From positions 1 through 64,000 of IMG/VR virus record IMGVR_UViG_3300040801_004562: a stretch of 64,000 nt of DNA; one strand, 5' to 3'. Position numbers and translations under genes: made by a program. Below are positions 46,434-57,200 of the stretch, in pieces. Each line of letters begins with the position of its first letter. Position 1 is the first letter of the stretch. This stretch comes from a virus. The notes below the pieces were generated by a model, which saw only the letters and a list, made by a program, of their open reading frames with translations, ran no database searches and was not told where the DNA came from.

Positions 46434-46961
46434 ATGCCGAGCTTTAAAGTGAAAATGCCGAGAAATGAGGCCCTTCCGATTGCCCGTGACCTGCTCGCGG
46501 CCCTTGACAGTAAAGGATTTACCCCCCATCTGTGCGGTTCCCTTCGGAGGAACTGCCCAGTCATCGGGGATATCGACATCGCGTGTGCCGGTCCCATCTC
46601 GGCTGCTGTCTCTTCAATCGTGGAGGGGGTTGACCGGGAGGTTACGGTTTTGACCAATATGGATCGGGCACAGAAGGCGGCCACCCTTATTATTGACGGT
46701 ACCCAGCTCAATCTCTACGTGGCTGAGTATGGGGCGTTCGGCGCCATGATCCTTTTCCTGACCGGAAACCAGATTTTTAACGTTGTGATCAGAAAACTCG
46801 CCAAGAACCAGGGGTACAAATTGAACCAATACGGCCTTTGGCATGGTGTGGAGCTTTTGGCTGCAAAGACGGAGCGACAGATATTTGATGCACTCGGGAT
46901 TAAATATCTGGAGCCGGAAGAGCGAACCCTCAATTACGGTGCCCGCCTCGCTGTGCTATGA
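46434..46961 (+). CDS. minimal DNA polymerase X family protein (palm+thumb)
   Basis: GSLRR....GDIDI, FLTG...FN, LNQYGL, TERQIF..LG..Y.EPEER. Confidence 0.85.
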   Translation: MPSFKVKMPRNEALPIARDLLAALDSKGFTPHLCGSLRRNCPVIGDIDIACAGPISAAVSSIVEGVDREVTVLTNMDRAQKAATLIIDGTQLNLYVAEYGAFGAMILFLTGNQIFNVVIRKLAKNQGYKLNQYGLWHGVELLAAKTERQIFDALGIKYLEPEERTLNYGARLAVL

Positions 46962-46993
46962 AACCAATCAGAATTATAAGGCTTGGAGGAGAG

Positions 46994-47473
46994 ATGAAAA
47001 AACAGATTCGAAAGATGAGACTTGGGGAGGAATCGGTCCCCTTGAGAGTACGGGACTTGTCCACCCTACTGAACCCCCACGCAGACCAGGAGGCGATGGT
47101 GAAGAGCCTGAAGGATTCCGAGGTCTCTCTCCTGATCGATGCAGGGGCTGAGGCCGACGCCATCAGGAAAGAAAAAGATGCCATCGCCAAGGCGGCCAAA
47201 GCTCTTTTGAGGGAGCACGCCCGGCTTCATTCCTGGAAGACGCGTGCCGGGAACACCGCCACCTGTTCAATCAAACCGTCCACCTCCACGAAAATCGATC
47301 CTGTCGCCCTGCTGACCGAAATGAAGCGACAGAATAAGCAGACGCTTTTCGGAACTGTCTTCTCCGTGCTTGTCGGGAAGGCGAAAGAATACCTCGGACG
47401 CGATCTTGTCGATCAGGTTGCTGAAGAGGTGACTGAAGAATACGGATCCGTATCTCTCAAGCAGTTGAAGTGA
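46994..47473 (+). CDS. hypothetical protein
   Basis: RBS GGAGGAG. Confidence 0.65.
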   Translation: MKKQIRKMRLGEESVPLRVRDLSTLLNPHADQEAMVKSLKDSEVSLLIDAGAEADAIRKEKDAIAKAAKALLREHARLHSWKTRAGNTATCSIKPSTSTKIDPVALLTEMKRQNKQTLFGTVFSVLVGKAKEYLGRDLVDQVAEEVTEEYGSVSLKQLK

Positions 47474-47487
47474 CCCATTCCCCCAAA

Positions 47488-47524
47488 AGGGCCACGGTTT
47501 AAAGTGGCCCTCTCTCCCTCTTTT
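47488..47524 (+). terminator. hairpin terminator
   Basis: AGGGCCAC/GTGGCCCT followed by pyrimidine tract. Confidence 0.55.
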
Positions 47525-47825
47525 GCGTTAAGAAGTCTTAAGTTCCGCCCTTCTGCTGCCGATCTCTCTGCTTATATGGGGTTGCCCGGTGGTGGGAACA
47601 GATTGGTCTCTTAAGACTCATTTTGCAAACGTTTGCAAAGATAGACCCCCGAAAATTCTCGCCCCGGGTTCCCCGAAGAAGGTAGAGCTTTCCTTTTATC
47701 CGTATCCAGGGTCCCCACCTCAAGACTTTGAATTGACTCCGGAATCCAACAAATAGCTTGACAACTACTCCCAGGTCGTAGGAGTATCTGACCACCTGAA
47801 ATCTCAACGTTTTGGAGGAGGGTGC

Positions 47826-48428
47826 GTGGAGGAGAAAAAAGCTCGAATCGTCGTCAAATCCCATGAGAGGCGTCTTGTTTACGGGGAGGTTTATGCCCCA
47901 CTTCGCGTGGATACCGACGCTGAGGCCATGACTGCTGATGAGATCGAGAAAATGGCGCACAACTTCTTGGCGAGTGGACGAACCGATAAGATTGACGTTC
48001 AACACGGTTTTAAAGAATCGGGTTGTATGGTGGTGGAATCCTTCATTGCGCGAAAGGACGACCCTGACGGTTTTGTGGAGGGAGCGTGGGTTTTGGGCGT
48101 GAAGGTACTTCCAGATGCCTTGTGGGAAGCCGTTAAGTCCGGGGAGCTTAACGGCTTTTCTTTTGCCGGAAATCTGGGGAACAGAATAGAGACCCGATCG
48201 GTGGTTATGATGACCCGACGTCTTGAGGGTGAAACGGAAAAGTCTGCCGACTCCGGTCCCCTCCCTCCCCACGAGCACCACCTTTCCCTTGCCCTTGATC
48301 ATAACGGCAGAATAATTCCCACGGAGAGTGGGGAGACCCTCGGACACCGGCACAATATACGGAAGGCAACTGCGACCGAGCCCGAGTTCGACCATGCCCA
48401 CCGAATGATTCTGATCCAAAACGAATAG
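47826..48428 (+). CDS. XkdF-like prohead protease
   Basis: RLVYGEVYAP...D...IEKMAHNF..IDVQH..VESFI...GELNGFS. Confidence 0.8.
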   Translation: MEEKKARIVVKSHERRLVYGEVYAPLRVDTDAEAMTADEIEKMAHNFLASGRTDKIDVQHGFKESGCMVVESFIARKDDPDGFVEGAWVLGVKVLPDALWEAVKSGELNGFSFAGNLGNRIETRSVVMMTRRLEGETEKSADSGPLPPHEHHLSLALDHNGRIIPTESGETLGHRHNIRKATATEPEFDHAHRMILIQNE

Positions 48429-48437
48429 GAGGACCCA

Positions 48438-49550
48438 ATGCCGGTACGAGTGATTGAGGAGACCGTTGAAAAGGACGTCGCCTTCCTGGAGGACGTTGAC
48501 GTCAAGTTTGTGTCTCTCGTACGTCACGGCGCCAACCAAATGCCTTTTCGGGTTTTGAAATCCGAAAAGACGGAAGGAGGTGATCAAGACATGATGGTGG
48601 TTCAAAGTATTTTGGTTTCGAAGCATGTTGACCCTTCTGCCTTGCCGGAAACGGAAGGGCTGGAATGGTTGTCCGAGGCCAAGATGGATCGAGGACGTGA
48701 GTACGAGAGTTACCGGAAGTTTGACCAGACGGACCTGGACGCCTTTGATGATTCCACCCTGAAAATGGTGAAGCTGCACGATGACGGGGTTTGGGCGCTC
48801 GCCGGGGTTTTGAAGGAGGCCGCCAAGACGGAGAGGGTTCTTACCCTCAACTCGGCCCAGGCGGTCGCTGCGAACAAGATGCCCGTTCCCCCTCTGGATG
48901 AACCGGTACCCCCCACCACTGCTGCGGCGGTGACGTCTTTTCGTGATCTATTCTATTCGGAGCTGGACAGCATGATTGCGGTCCTCACCGGTGCATTGAA
49001 CCAGAGCGGTGGGGATATGAAGAAACGCAAGTCCACCGTCCTCAACGCGCTTGATGCTTTCAGAGCTTTCCTGTCCTTTGGTCTGGATGCTCTGGGCAGC
49101 GAGTCAGCAAAAATGGAGGCCCGAGATCCCGTGGCCAAAGAACCCAAGGAGGTAGAAAAAATGGAATTGTTTAAGACGAAGGAAGAGTTTGCGGAGTCTG
49201 TCACTGCCATCCTGACGGAGACGCTCCCCGGACTCATCGACGAGAAGGTAAGCGAGAAGGTCGAGGCCCTGAAAGCCGCTCTCCAGGAAGAGAAGGCAGC
49301 CAAGACCGAGCCTGCCCCTGCTGCGGAACCCACTGCAGCCAAGTCGGATGACGACCCGATGGAGAAAATTACCGCTGCGGTCGCCAAACTGACAGAGCGT
49401 GTGGACGAGATCGCCCTGAAATGGGACAACGGTCTTGCCACCCAGCCTGCAGGAAACCGGACTGATGAGGCCGCGACAAGCAAATCCGACAAGACTGAGA
49501 CGAAGAGGTCTGTCTTTTCCGGACTTCTTGTTCCCGCGCCCCAGGAATGA
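48438..49550 (+). CDS. scaffold/head assembly protein
   Basis: FVSLVRHGAN N-terminus, coiled-coil C-terminus, directly before capsid gene. Confidence 0.65.
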   Translation: MPVRVIEETVEKDVAFLEDVDVKFVSLVRHGANQMPFRVLKSEKTEGGDQDMMVVQSILVSKHVDPSALPETEGLEWLSEAKMDRGREYESYRKFDQTDLDAFDDSTLKMVKLHDDGVWALAGVLKEAAKTERVLTLNSAQAVAANKMPVPPLDEPVPPTTAAAVTSFRDLFYSELDSMIAVLTGALNQSGGDMKKRKSTVLNALDAFRAFLSFGLDALGSESAKMEARDPVAKEPKEVEKMELFKTKEEFAESVTAILTETLPGLIDEKVSEKVEALKAALQEEKAAKTEPAPAAEPTAAKSDDDPMEKITAAVAKLTERVDEIALKWDNGLATQPAGNRTDEAATSKSDKTETKRSVFSGLLVPAPQE

Positions 49551-49588
49551 TCACCCACAACTGATAATTTTTTAGGAGGTAAAAGGCG

Positions 49589-50530
49589 ATGAGCCCGAGT
49601 ACAAAGACTATCCTGGAGAAGGCCGATATGGCGGTTGCCGATCTGGTTTCCAACGGCGGCTACCTGAACCCGATGCAGGCGAACACGTTCATTCGGATGA
49701 TGATTGAACAGCCCACCCTGCTGAATGAAATCCGCGTGGTTCCTATGAACGCGCCGACGATGGAGATCAACAAGATCGGCTTTGCCGACCGGATCCTTCG
49801 TCGCGCTCCTGCCAGCGGCACCGCCCTTTCTGCAAGTGACCGCAGCAAGCCCTCCACCGACAAGGTGGAACTCGCGACGAAAGAGATCATCGCCGAGGTG
49901 CACATTCCGTACGACGTCCTGGAGGATAACATCGAGACCGGGCGCCTGGAAGACACCATCATGGCGCTGATTGCCGAGCGTTCTTCGCTGGACCTGGAAG
50001 AGCTGCTTCTTCAAGGCGACCTCGGCTCAGGGGACAGTTACCTTTCCCTGATGAACGGGATGCTGAATCAGGCGCAGTCCCACGTTGTCGATTTTGTCTC
50101 TGTCCAGCCTACGATCACCAAAGCGGTTTTCAAGGCCGGGCTGAAAACCATGCCCAACAAGTACCTCCGCAATCGGTCCGCGATGCGTTTCTACGTGTCC
50201 CCCCATGCGGAGATTGAGTATGCCGACAGCCTCGCCAACCGTGAAACTCCGTTCGGCGATACCAAGATCACCGGGTGGACCCCGAACTTTGCGTATGGAG
50301 TGCCTGTCAAGGCGGCTGCTTTGATGCCGAATGACAAGTACCTGTTCACATGGCCGAAGAATTTCATTCTGGGTATCCAGCGGAAGATTATGATCGAGAC
50401 CGATCGCGACATCCGTGCCCGAGTGCTGATTGTCGTCCTGACCATGCGGATCGACATCAAGTACGAGGAGGAAGATGCCGTTGTGAAGTGCCTCGGCCTG
50501 AATGTTGGTAACGTTTCCACCACAACGTAA
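49589..50530 (+). CDS. major capsid protein (HK97 fold, XkdG-like)
   Basis: GGYLNPMQANTF, LEDNIE, DLEELLLQGD, PKN.I.G. Confidence 0.88.
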   Translation: MSPSTKTILEKADMAVADLVSNGGYLNPMQANTFIRMMIEQPTLLNEIRVVPMNAPTMEINKIGFADRILRRAPASGTALSASDRSKPSTDKVELATKEIIAEVHIPYDVLEDNIETGRLEDTIMALIAERSSLDLEELLLQGDLGSGDSYLSLMNGMLNQAQSHVVDFVSVQPTITKAVFKAGLKTMPNKYLRNRSAMRFYVSPHAEIEYADSLANRETPFGDTKITGWTPNFAYGVPVKAAALMPNDKYLFTWPKNFILGIQRKIMIETDRDIRARVLIVVLTMRIDIKYEEEDAVVKCLGLNVGNVSTTT

Positions 50531-50553
50531 TTCGCAGTAGCGGAGGTGAATAG

Positions 50554-50853
50554 ATGTCTTTGCCGAAAGTGACACTGCTCGGAGCCCCTGGAAATACGTA
50601 CACGATCGCCTACGGTACCGGTACCTATGAGTTCACCGCAGGGGTCACCCGGAAGGTTCCAGTACCGATCGCCCTCGAAGCGAGAAAACGGAAGACACGG
50701 GACGGTCGGCCTATGTTCGACATTTCCATGCCTGCCACCATTCTTGACGAGGCTCGGGCTGAAACCAAGGTACGGATTCCCAAGAAGGCGAAAGCCGCCA
50801 GTGAAAAGCAGACTGCACCGGCAGCGCCTCAACAGACCAAGTTAGAGTTGTAG
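50554..50853 (+). CDS. hypothetical head-associated protein
   Basis: Position after MCP; RBS GGAGGT. Confidence 0.6.
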   Translation: MSLPKVTLLGAPGNTYTIAYGTGTYEFTAGVTRKVPVPIALEARKRKTRDGRPMFDISMPATILDEARAETKVRIPKKAKAASEKQTAPAAPQQTKLEL

Positions 50854-50855
50854 CC

Positions 50856-51443
50856 ATGGCTCTTACCACCCATATCGGCGGGGGCGAATCCGACAGCTTC
50901 GTTACAGTTGAAGAGGCTGACGGCATCGTTGATTCCCTCTTTACTGACGCCAGTTTCTGGGAGGATTTATCGGAAACCCAGAAGGAGCTGCGGCTGCAGT
51001 TGGGAGCCCAGTTGCTGGGACATTTCCCGTTGCGGGGGCGTCCGGTATTCAGGAATCAGCGTCTGTGCTTTCCCCGTGATTGCGTGCCCTACGGACAACG
51101 GTTCTCAATCCCTGCTGACGTCAAAAAGGCCCAGGTCTGGCTCGCGGCCGATGCTGTTCACCGCGCCCTTTCCTCCCTGCCTGATGCTGAAGCCGGGCTT
51201 CCGTCGTTGTACGGCAGGCCGTCGCAGATCTCCCTCGGTGGCCTCCTGTCGGTTTCTTTTTCCGGGGACTCCACGGCTGGGGGATCTCTCGTCGAGCGGA
51301 TCGCTGCCTCCCTTCCCTTCACAATCCAGATGCAGATGAAAAAGTATATGGCCCAGATCCGTGGGGGATCTGTTGGAGAGGAGCGAACTTTGTCCACTAC
51401 CACAACGGTTTTGGTGACCCCAACGACCACCACGACGATTTAG
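50856..51443 (+). CDS. head-tail adaptor (DnaT-like family)
   Basis: DSFVTVEEAD..W..QRLCFPR..IPADVKKAQ.WLA. Confidence 0.75.
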   Translation: MALTTHIGGGESDSFVTVEEADGIVDSLFTDASFWEDLSETQKELRLQLGAQLLGHFPLRGRPVFRNQRLCFPRDCVPYGQRFSIPADVKKAQVWLAADAVHRALSSLPDAEAGLPSLYGRPSQISLGGLLSVSFSGDSTAGGSLVERIAASLPFTIQMQMKKYMAQIRGGSVGEERTLSTTTTVLVTPTTTTTI

Positions 51444-51458
51444 TATGGAGGTGCTGAA

Positions 51459-51623
51459 ATGACCATTGGAAAAGGTACCGGACGATCCGGCCCCACGATC
51501 GGTTCCGGGAAGAGCGCTGGACCGATCGGTTCGAGTAAATCGATACACGGCTCAGCCCTGACACTCGATCAGGACAAAACAAAAGTCGGGTATCCTCTGA
51601 CCACCACCACAACCGCCGGTTAA
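51459..51623 (+). CDS. 54-aa Gly/Ser/Thr-rich protein ending LTTTTTAG (not in ORF track)
   Basis: RBS GGAGGT, fills the gap exactly. Confidence 0.7.
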   Translation: MTIGKGTGRSGPTIGSGKSAGPIGSSKSIHGSALTLDQDKTKVGYPLTTTTTAG

Positions 51624-51636
51624 CCTGGAGCCTGAC

Positions 51637-52017
51637 GTGTCCCTGTTTTCCCAGATCATCCCCCCGACGAAGTGGGTGGTTTCTCAGCTTCTGTTTGATC
51701 AGAACTTTGCAGAAGACGTGACGCTGAGAATCCGTACTGGGCAGGCGTTCGACCCGACGGATGGGTTCGTGGTTGATCAATACACGGATTATCCTCTCCG
51801 GGCTGTTCGGATGCGGCACACCCAGGAGAGTGTTGGTGTTTCCTCTTCTGACGTCGAGATCGGAGACACTCTGTTCTTTTTCGGGATTGATGGTTTCCCT
51901 GTGGAGTGCTCAACCAAAGACGTCATCATTGATAGCGACGGTGTTGAATTTGGGATCAAAGGAATAGATCACATCTTTGCAGTTGCCGTGGCCATTACGG
52001 TAGTTGGTGCCCAATGA
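51637..52017 (+). CDS. head closure/head-tail joining protein
   Basis: Synteny; FDPTDG, GD, D.I pattern. Confidence 0.6.
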   Translation: MSLFSQIIPPTKWVVSQLLFDQNFAEDVTLRIRTGQAFDPTDGFVVDQYTDYPLRAVRMRHTQESVGVSSSDVEIGDTLFFFGIDGFPVECSTKDVIIDSDGVEFGIKGIDHIFAVAVAITVVGAQ

Positions 52018-52424
52018 TCGAGACGTCGGTAGAAATAGATGGGTTGGCTGTTGTACTCAGAGCACTGGAGTCCATCCCTGATGCTTTTGCCGCTGGGGTT
52101 TTCGACTCGGCCAAGACGTTGCGACTCCTTGCCCAGGGGAGAACCCCATACAAGACTGGTCACGCGAAGCGAAGCTGGGGAGCGGTAGAGACCGCTGCAG
52201 GCGGGTACTCCTTCAAAAACCCTGTTGATTACACGGTGACCCTTGAAGAAGGTGGCTACCCGAGAGCAGGGCCGAGAACCATTGAAGTTGACGGACAGGT
52301 TTACAGCCGACAAGCAGTACGGGGAATTCTGACCCCCCTTGTCAGCCAAGACAGAACGTTGACCAGGATTGCCCAACTCATAGCCGACGAGATCGAGCGG
52401 GGAATAAACCGTGCAGGAACGTGA
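52014..52424 (+). CDS. HK97 gp10-like neck protein
   Basis: RTPYKTGHAKRSW...NPVDY..LEEG. Confidence 0.75.
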   Translation: MIETSVEIDGLAVVLRALESIPDAFAAGVFDSAKTLRLLAQGRTPYKTGHAKRSWGAVETAAGGYSFKNPVDYTVTLEEGGYPRAGPRTIEVDGQVYSRQAVRGILTPLVSQDRTLTRIAQLIADEIERGINRAGT

Positions 52425-52857
52425 GAAGATCGTTGTTCGACTCTGGCAGTTGCTGAGTGGCGTTTCTGGGGTCCGTATGACCTCCAGGAATCCCATCAAC
52501 CCGCCAAGAGAATCGGATCTACCTTGCATCAATTTCTTCGAGATGGCCGATACCGTCAAGGATGTACAGAAAAGAGGGGCCTCCCAATTCCCCGCCTACA
52601 AGCGTGAGCTGTCCGTTGTAATAGAAGCGTTCCAGGTTGGAGAATCGGAGCATGCGGCCTCCAGTGCAGTCGTTGACTTCATGTCCGAAATAAAAAAGAG
52701 CATTTATTCCAGCGGGGTCACTCTCGGGCTTCCTGGAGTTGAGATCGTTGAGAAAGACGCCGGAAGGATACTGAGGCCCCCCGGACTCGAAAAGGTTGCC
52801 GGTTTGGGGATCTCGGTTGGAATCCGTTATATCGAAGATGTCTCGAAACTGTTTTAA
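52411..52857 (+). CDS. tail terminator
   Basis: Synteny; LPCI motif. Confidence 0.6.
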   Translation: MQEREKIVVRLWQLLSGVSGVRMTSRNPINPPRESDLPCINFFEMADTVKDVQKRGASQFPAYKRELSVVIEAFQVGESEHAASSAVVDFMSEIKKSIYSSGVTLGLPGVEIVEKDAGRILRPPGLEKVAGLGISVGIRYIEDVSKLF

Positions 52858-52892
52858 AATTGCAAACGTTTGCAAAATGGAGGACTTAAATC

Positions 52893-53435
52893 ATGCCTGC
52901 TAACCCGCACAGTACGACCCTCTACCAGCTCGGGAAGGGCATTCTGTACATTGCAGAATGGAATGGATCGACTCCGCCCGATGTTGGTGCCTTCTCAGAC
53001 GTCGGCAACTGCCCCCGTTTTGAGGTGGAGGTCTCCGAGGAGAAGCTGGACCACTACAGCTCCCGGTCCGGAGTCAAGCAGAAGGACAAGACCGTTACCC
53101 TGGAGATTGGGTACACGGTGAACTTTGATCTGGATGAGGTTTCTATCGGCAACCTCGCCCGGTACCTGCGCGGCACCCTTACCGGGAGCAAGATCAATGC
53201 GCTGACGGCCCTGGACAAGGAGTACGCTCTGAAGTTTGTCTCCGACAACCCGGTCGGGGAGAACGAGAAATGGGAGATGTGGCGCGTCCGACTGACCCCT
53301 GGAGGACCCTTCAACCTGATTTCTGACGAGTGGAACGTGATGTCCTTCTCCGGTGAAGGTCTTGCCGACACCACGAATCACGCTATCAGCCCGTACTTTG
53401 ACGTGAGCTGGTTCACCACCACTACCACAGTATAA
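52893..53435 (+). CDS. major tail tube protein
   Basis: LGKG.LY...VGNCP....HYSSRSG...DE...NLA...FVSDNPVG. Confidence 0.8.
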   Translation: MPANPHSTTLYQLGKGILYIAEWNGSTPPDVGAFSDVGNCPRFEVEVSEEKLDHYSSRSGVKQKDKTVTLEIGYTVNFDLDEVSIGNLARYLRGTLTGSKINALTALDKEYALKFVSDNPVGENEKWEMWRVRLTPGGPFNLISDEWNVMSFSGEGLADTTNHAISPYFDVSWFTTTTTV

Positions 53436-53568
53436 GTCGAGACCGCTCAACGTCCGCACTTCCCGGTGCAAGGCGGAGCACCCTCGGCACCCACCTGATT
53501 CAGTTTAATGGCGCAGACCTTCTGGCCGCAAGCCCACGAAGCTGCGTAACATTATGAATGGAGGCAAC

Positions 53569-53961
53569 ATGACGGACCCCACACCCACGAGGGACCCCCT
53601 CGAAGTTTTATTCCCTGAAAAAACTCTGACCGCCAGCGGTCTTACCATCAAAATTACCCCCCTGAGTTTGCAGAATCTGCCCAAGGTTGTGGAGGCATTC
53701 GGTGTCCTTATGCGACTTGCCGAGGCCAATATGCCGCCCTCTCAGATTGCAACGGCGGCGATGAAAGAGCTGCTCGAAATCTTACCCTATTGCCTTGACG
53801 TTCCGATTGAGAAAATTCCCGCTTCTTTGGCCCCCGAGATAATTGATATCGTTCTTGATCAAAACTTGACCGAGGCCGTCGTGGGAAAGTGGACAGCTCT
53901 GATCCAAAGAATCGCAAAGTCCGTCACGCAGGGTCAGAGCCAAATAGTGACAGAACACTAA
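53569..53961 (+). CDS. tail assembly chaperone (G-like)
   Basis: Between tube and TMP; contains G GGA AAG slippery site. Confidence 0.75.
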   Translation: MTDPTPTRDPLEVLFPEKTLTASGLTIKITPLSLQNLPKVVEAFGVLMRLAEANMPPSQIATAAMKELLEILPYCLDVPIEKIPASLAPEIIDIVLDQNLTEAVVGKWTALIQRIAKSVTQGQSQIVTEH

Positions 53962-54236
53962 GCGAACTTGTTGCCCTGCACGTGGAGTTGCTCATCAGTG
54001 AGGGGCACAGCTTCTCTGAGATCAAAGGATACTCGTTTCCGCAACTCCTGCTTTTTGTCAGCCTGATCCATGACAGATGGCGGAGGGAGGCCGAGGCCAT
54101 CCGATCCCAGGACGGGAAAAAGACCGATGGCGACGAAGGACGTACAATTAAGACTAGTTATCTCGGCCGTAAACGAGGCCGGGGCGAAGCTGAAGGAAAT
54201 CGGAAACCAGCTAAGCTCCGTCAGCAAAAACGCTGA
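53889..54236 (+). CDS. tail assembly chaperone T-like part, reached by -1 frameshift at 53883-53889
   Basis: -1 frame open right after GGGAAAG; GHSFSEIKGYSFPQL. Confidence 0.7.
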   Translation: MDSSDPKNRKVRHAGSEPNSDRTLSELVALHVELLISEGHSFSEIKGYSFPQLLLFVSLIHDRWRREAEAIRSQDGKKTDGDEGRTIKTSYLGRKRGRGEAEGNRKPAKLRQQKR

Positions 54237-57200
54237 AGAGGTTACCAAAGCGTCCAAAAAAATCGGCGATGCAGGTGCTGCAAGCGTTGATAAATTCGGG
54301 AAGGCCCTCGACGACCTGAAGACCAAGATGGAGGGGGTCAAAAAGGTCGGGGACAAGATGGTGAGCTTCGGCACCCAGCTCTCCCTTGTGGGAGCCGGGA
54401 TGCTGAGCACCCTTGTCTTTCCTGTCACCAACGCCGCCAAGTTTGAGAAGCAGATGTCTGGGGTCCGTGCGGTAACTGAGGGGACCGCAGAGCAGTTTGT
54501 GACCCTTGCGAACAAGGCCAAGAAACTCGGTGCGGAGACCAAGTTTACTGCTGTCCAGGCTGCTGAAGGTCTGAAACTCCTGGGGCAGGGCGGTCTCAAT
54601 GCCGAGCAGGCTCTGATTGCTTTGGAGCCCGTTCTGAACCTTGCCGCTGCCGGTGAGCTGGAACTGGCGGAGGCAGCCTCTGTTGCCATGAGCGTCATGC
54701 AGGGGCTGGAGATGCCGGTCACGGAACTCGGTCGGATCACCGACGTCCTCGCCAAAGCCGCCGCAGTATCCACCACTGAAGTCTCCGATATGGGTGAGGC
54801 GTTCTCCTATGTTGCCGGGGACATTGCCACTGTCCGTATGCCACTTGAGCAGGCCGGTGCTTTTCTTGCCGTCCTGGCTGATGGTGCCCAGAAGGGCACC
54901 CGTGGCGGTACGGCCCTTCGAGGTGTCCTGTCTGGTCTTGCCGGGCGGATCGTCCCCCGGGCGGCTGAGGCTTTTGATCGTCTCGGTGTCTCCGTCTCCC
55001 GGAACGCGGACGGTACGGTTGACTTCATAAAAACCCTGGAGGACCTGCACAAAGCCGGGGCCGGACTACCGGAATGGCAGGTGATCTTTGGGGAAAGCTA
55101 CGGCGCGTACGCTGCCGGGCTTGCCCGGAATGTGGACAAACTCAGGAAGAACGAACAGGTACTCAAGGATGCGACCGGGGCCGGGAAGGAGATGGCCCAT
55201 ATTCTTGAGGACAATTTGGTCGGTGCGTTTACCCGCCTGAAATCTGCTGCAGAAGGGGCTTCCATTGCAATCGGTGACCCGCTTCTGAAGCCCCTCAAAG
55301 AGATTACGGATGCGGTCGCTGGGGTGATGGGGGCCATTACCAAGTGGATGAACTTGAACCCAATCTTTGCCTCCACCATGGCCACCGTGATCGGCGGGAT
55401 TGGAGGGATAGCCCTTGCCATCGGAGCGGTTCTGATCCCCCTCGGCCTGCTTGTCCGTTTGGTCGCCACTGCTTTGGGGGGTCTCGGGGTTTTGCGTACG
55501 GCCTCCATTGCGGCCGCTGCCGGTCTCCGGAACTTTGCCGCCGCGACCTACGCGGCAGCCACGGCAGGAACCGCCCTTTCCACTGCCTTTGTCGCCCTCG
55601 CTGCTGCCTGGGGCGCCTTCCAGATTTATAAAGCGGTCGAAGCCTTTATCCAGTGGCGGCAGGCCGCAGCCATGGCGGCCGAGTCCACCCGCCGACTTGT
55701 TGAACAATCTGAAGCCCTCCTTTCCAAGCATGCCGGTTTGAAGGATTTCAAGCTCCCGGCTGATTTTGCATCCAAATCAAACGAGGAGTTGAAGGACTTC
55801 CGGTCAAAACTCTGGGCTGCGACCACGTACGCCATGAGCCTGAAAAATCTCCTTGAGGAGAAAGCCAAGGAGACGAACTGGCTCGGGATGGTGACCGACG
55901 AGGCCAAAGCCGCAGAGGCGGAGCTGGTCGTTGTAAAGAAGCGCCTGGAGGAGCTGCAGGGTGCCCGGGCCGCCCTCGCTGCTGAACAACAGAAACGCGC
56001 TCCGGCGGCGGCTGTTCCAGAAGCCGAGCCCATAGATCCCAGAGCTGCGGCTGAGAAAAGAGCGGATGCTATCAAGGCAACCGAGAAGCTGCGTGTCTCC
56101 TTGATGGAGGAGGGCATCGCGAAGGTCAACGCCCTCCGGAAACTTGAACTTGCAGAGTTTGAGGCTTCCGAGGAAAAGAGGGTTTTGACCGCCCAGGAAG
56201 CACAGGATCGAATTAACCTGATCAACCAGTCTTTTGACAAGAAGATCGATGAGACCAAGAAGGCGCTTGCGGAAAAATCGATCAACGTCACCAGACAGAT
56301 TCGGGAAAAGGAGATCCAGGTTGCCCGTGAGATGTCGGAAACTGAACTTCGGGCGCTCGAAGATGGGTACCAGCGGGGCAATGTCTCCCTTGCCGCCTTC
56401 CTTGAAGAGCGGCGCGAAATCAAGCTTTCGAGTTACGACGCGGACATAGCAGAGATCAACAAGAAGATCGAAGAGGAACTCGACCCGGACAAGAAGCGGG
56501 TTATCCAATTTGAACTCCAGGTTGCAGAGGCAAAACGCGCCTCGGCCTCTACGGAACTCGATATTCAGGACCGGCAAGCCTATGAATCCAAACTCCAGCA
56601 GGAGAGGGATTTCCAGACTGAACTGAACCAAATCAAGCAGGAGGTTGCCGGGGCCTTTGACGTTGAAGCGGCCTTTGAACTTGAAAAACAGGCCATTATC
56701 AAACAGAACGAGTGGAGGCTTGCTGAATACGAGAGGATGGGGATCGAGAAGGGGCAGCTCCTGGAGATGGCGGCGGCCCAGGAGGAACAGCTCCAACTTC
56801 GGGTGGCCGAGCACGAGAAGCAGGTTCTGACGGCGCGGCTTGATGCTGCGTCAGAGATCGCCGGTAACATAGAGTCCACCTTTGCTGACCTGTACTCGGC
56901 CTCTGATGAGCAGGTCAAGGCGTTCTTTTACATCCAGAAGGCTGCCGCCTTTGCCGAAGCCCTGATCAGCGCGTACTCTGCGGCGAATAAGGCCCTGAAC
57001 TCCCCTCTTGCCTCCGTATCCCCGACCATGGCACAGGCCATGTCTGCCACCATCCTTGCTGCTGGTATGGCACGGGCTGCGATGATTGCGGCCACCACGA
57101 TCAAAGCGGCTGAGGGCGGGCTGATCAAAGTCGACCGTCCAAATGGGCCCCCCATCCTGGTGCGGAGATTTGCGGACGGAGGCTCAACTTCTGGAAGGAA

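Noticed and set aside
53436-53553. Possible tRNA or structured RNA between tail tube and chaperone genes
   Set aside because: No cloverleaf or T-loop consensus could be built
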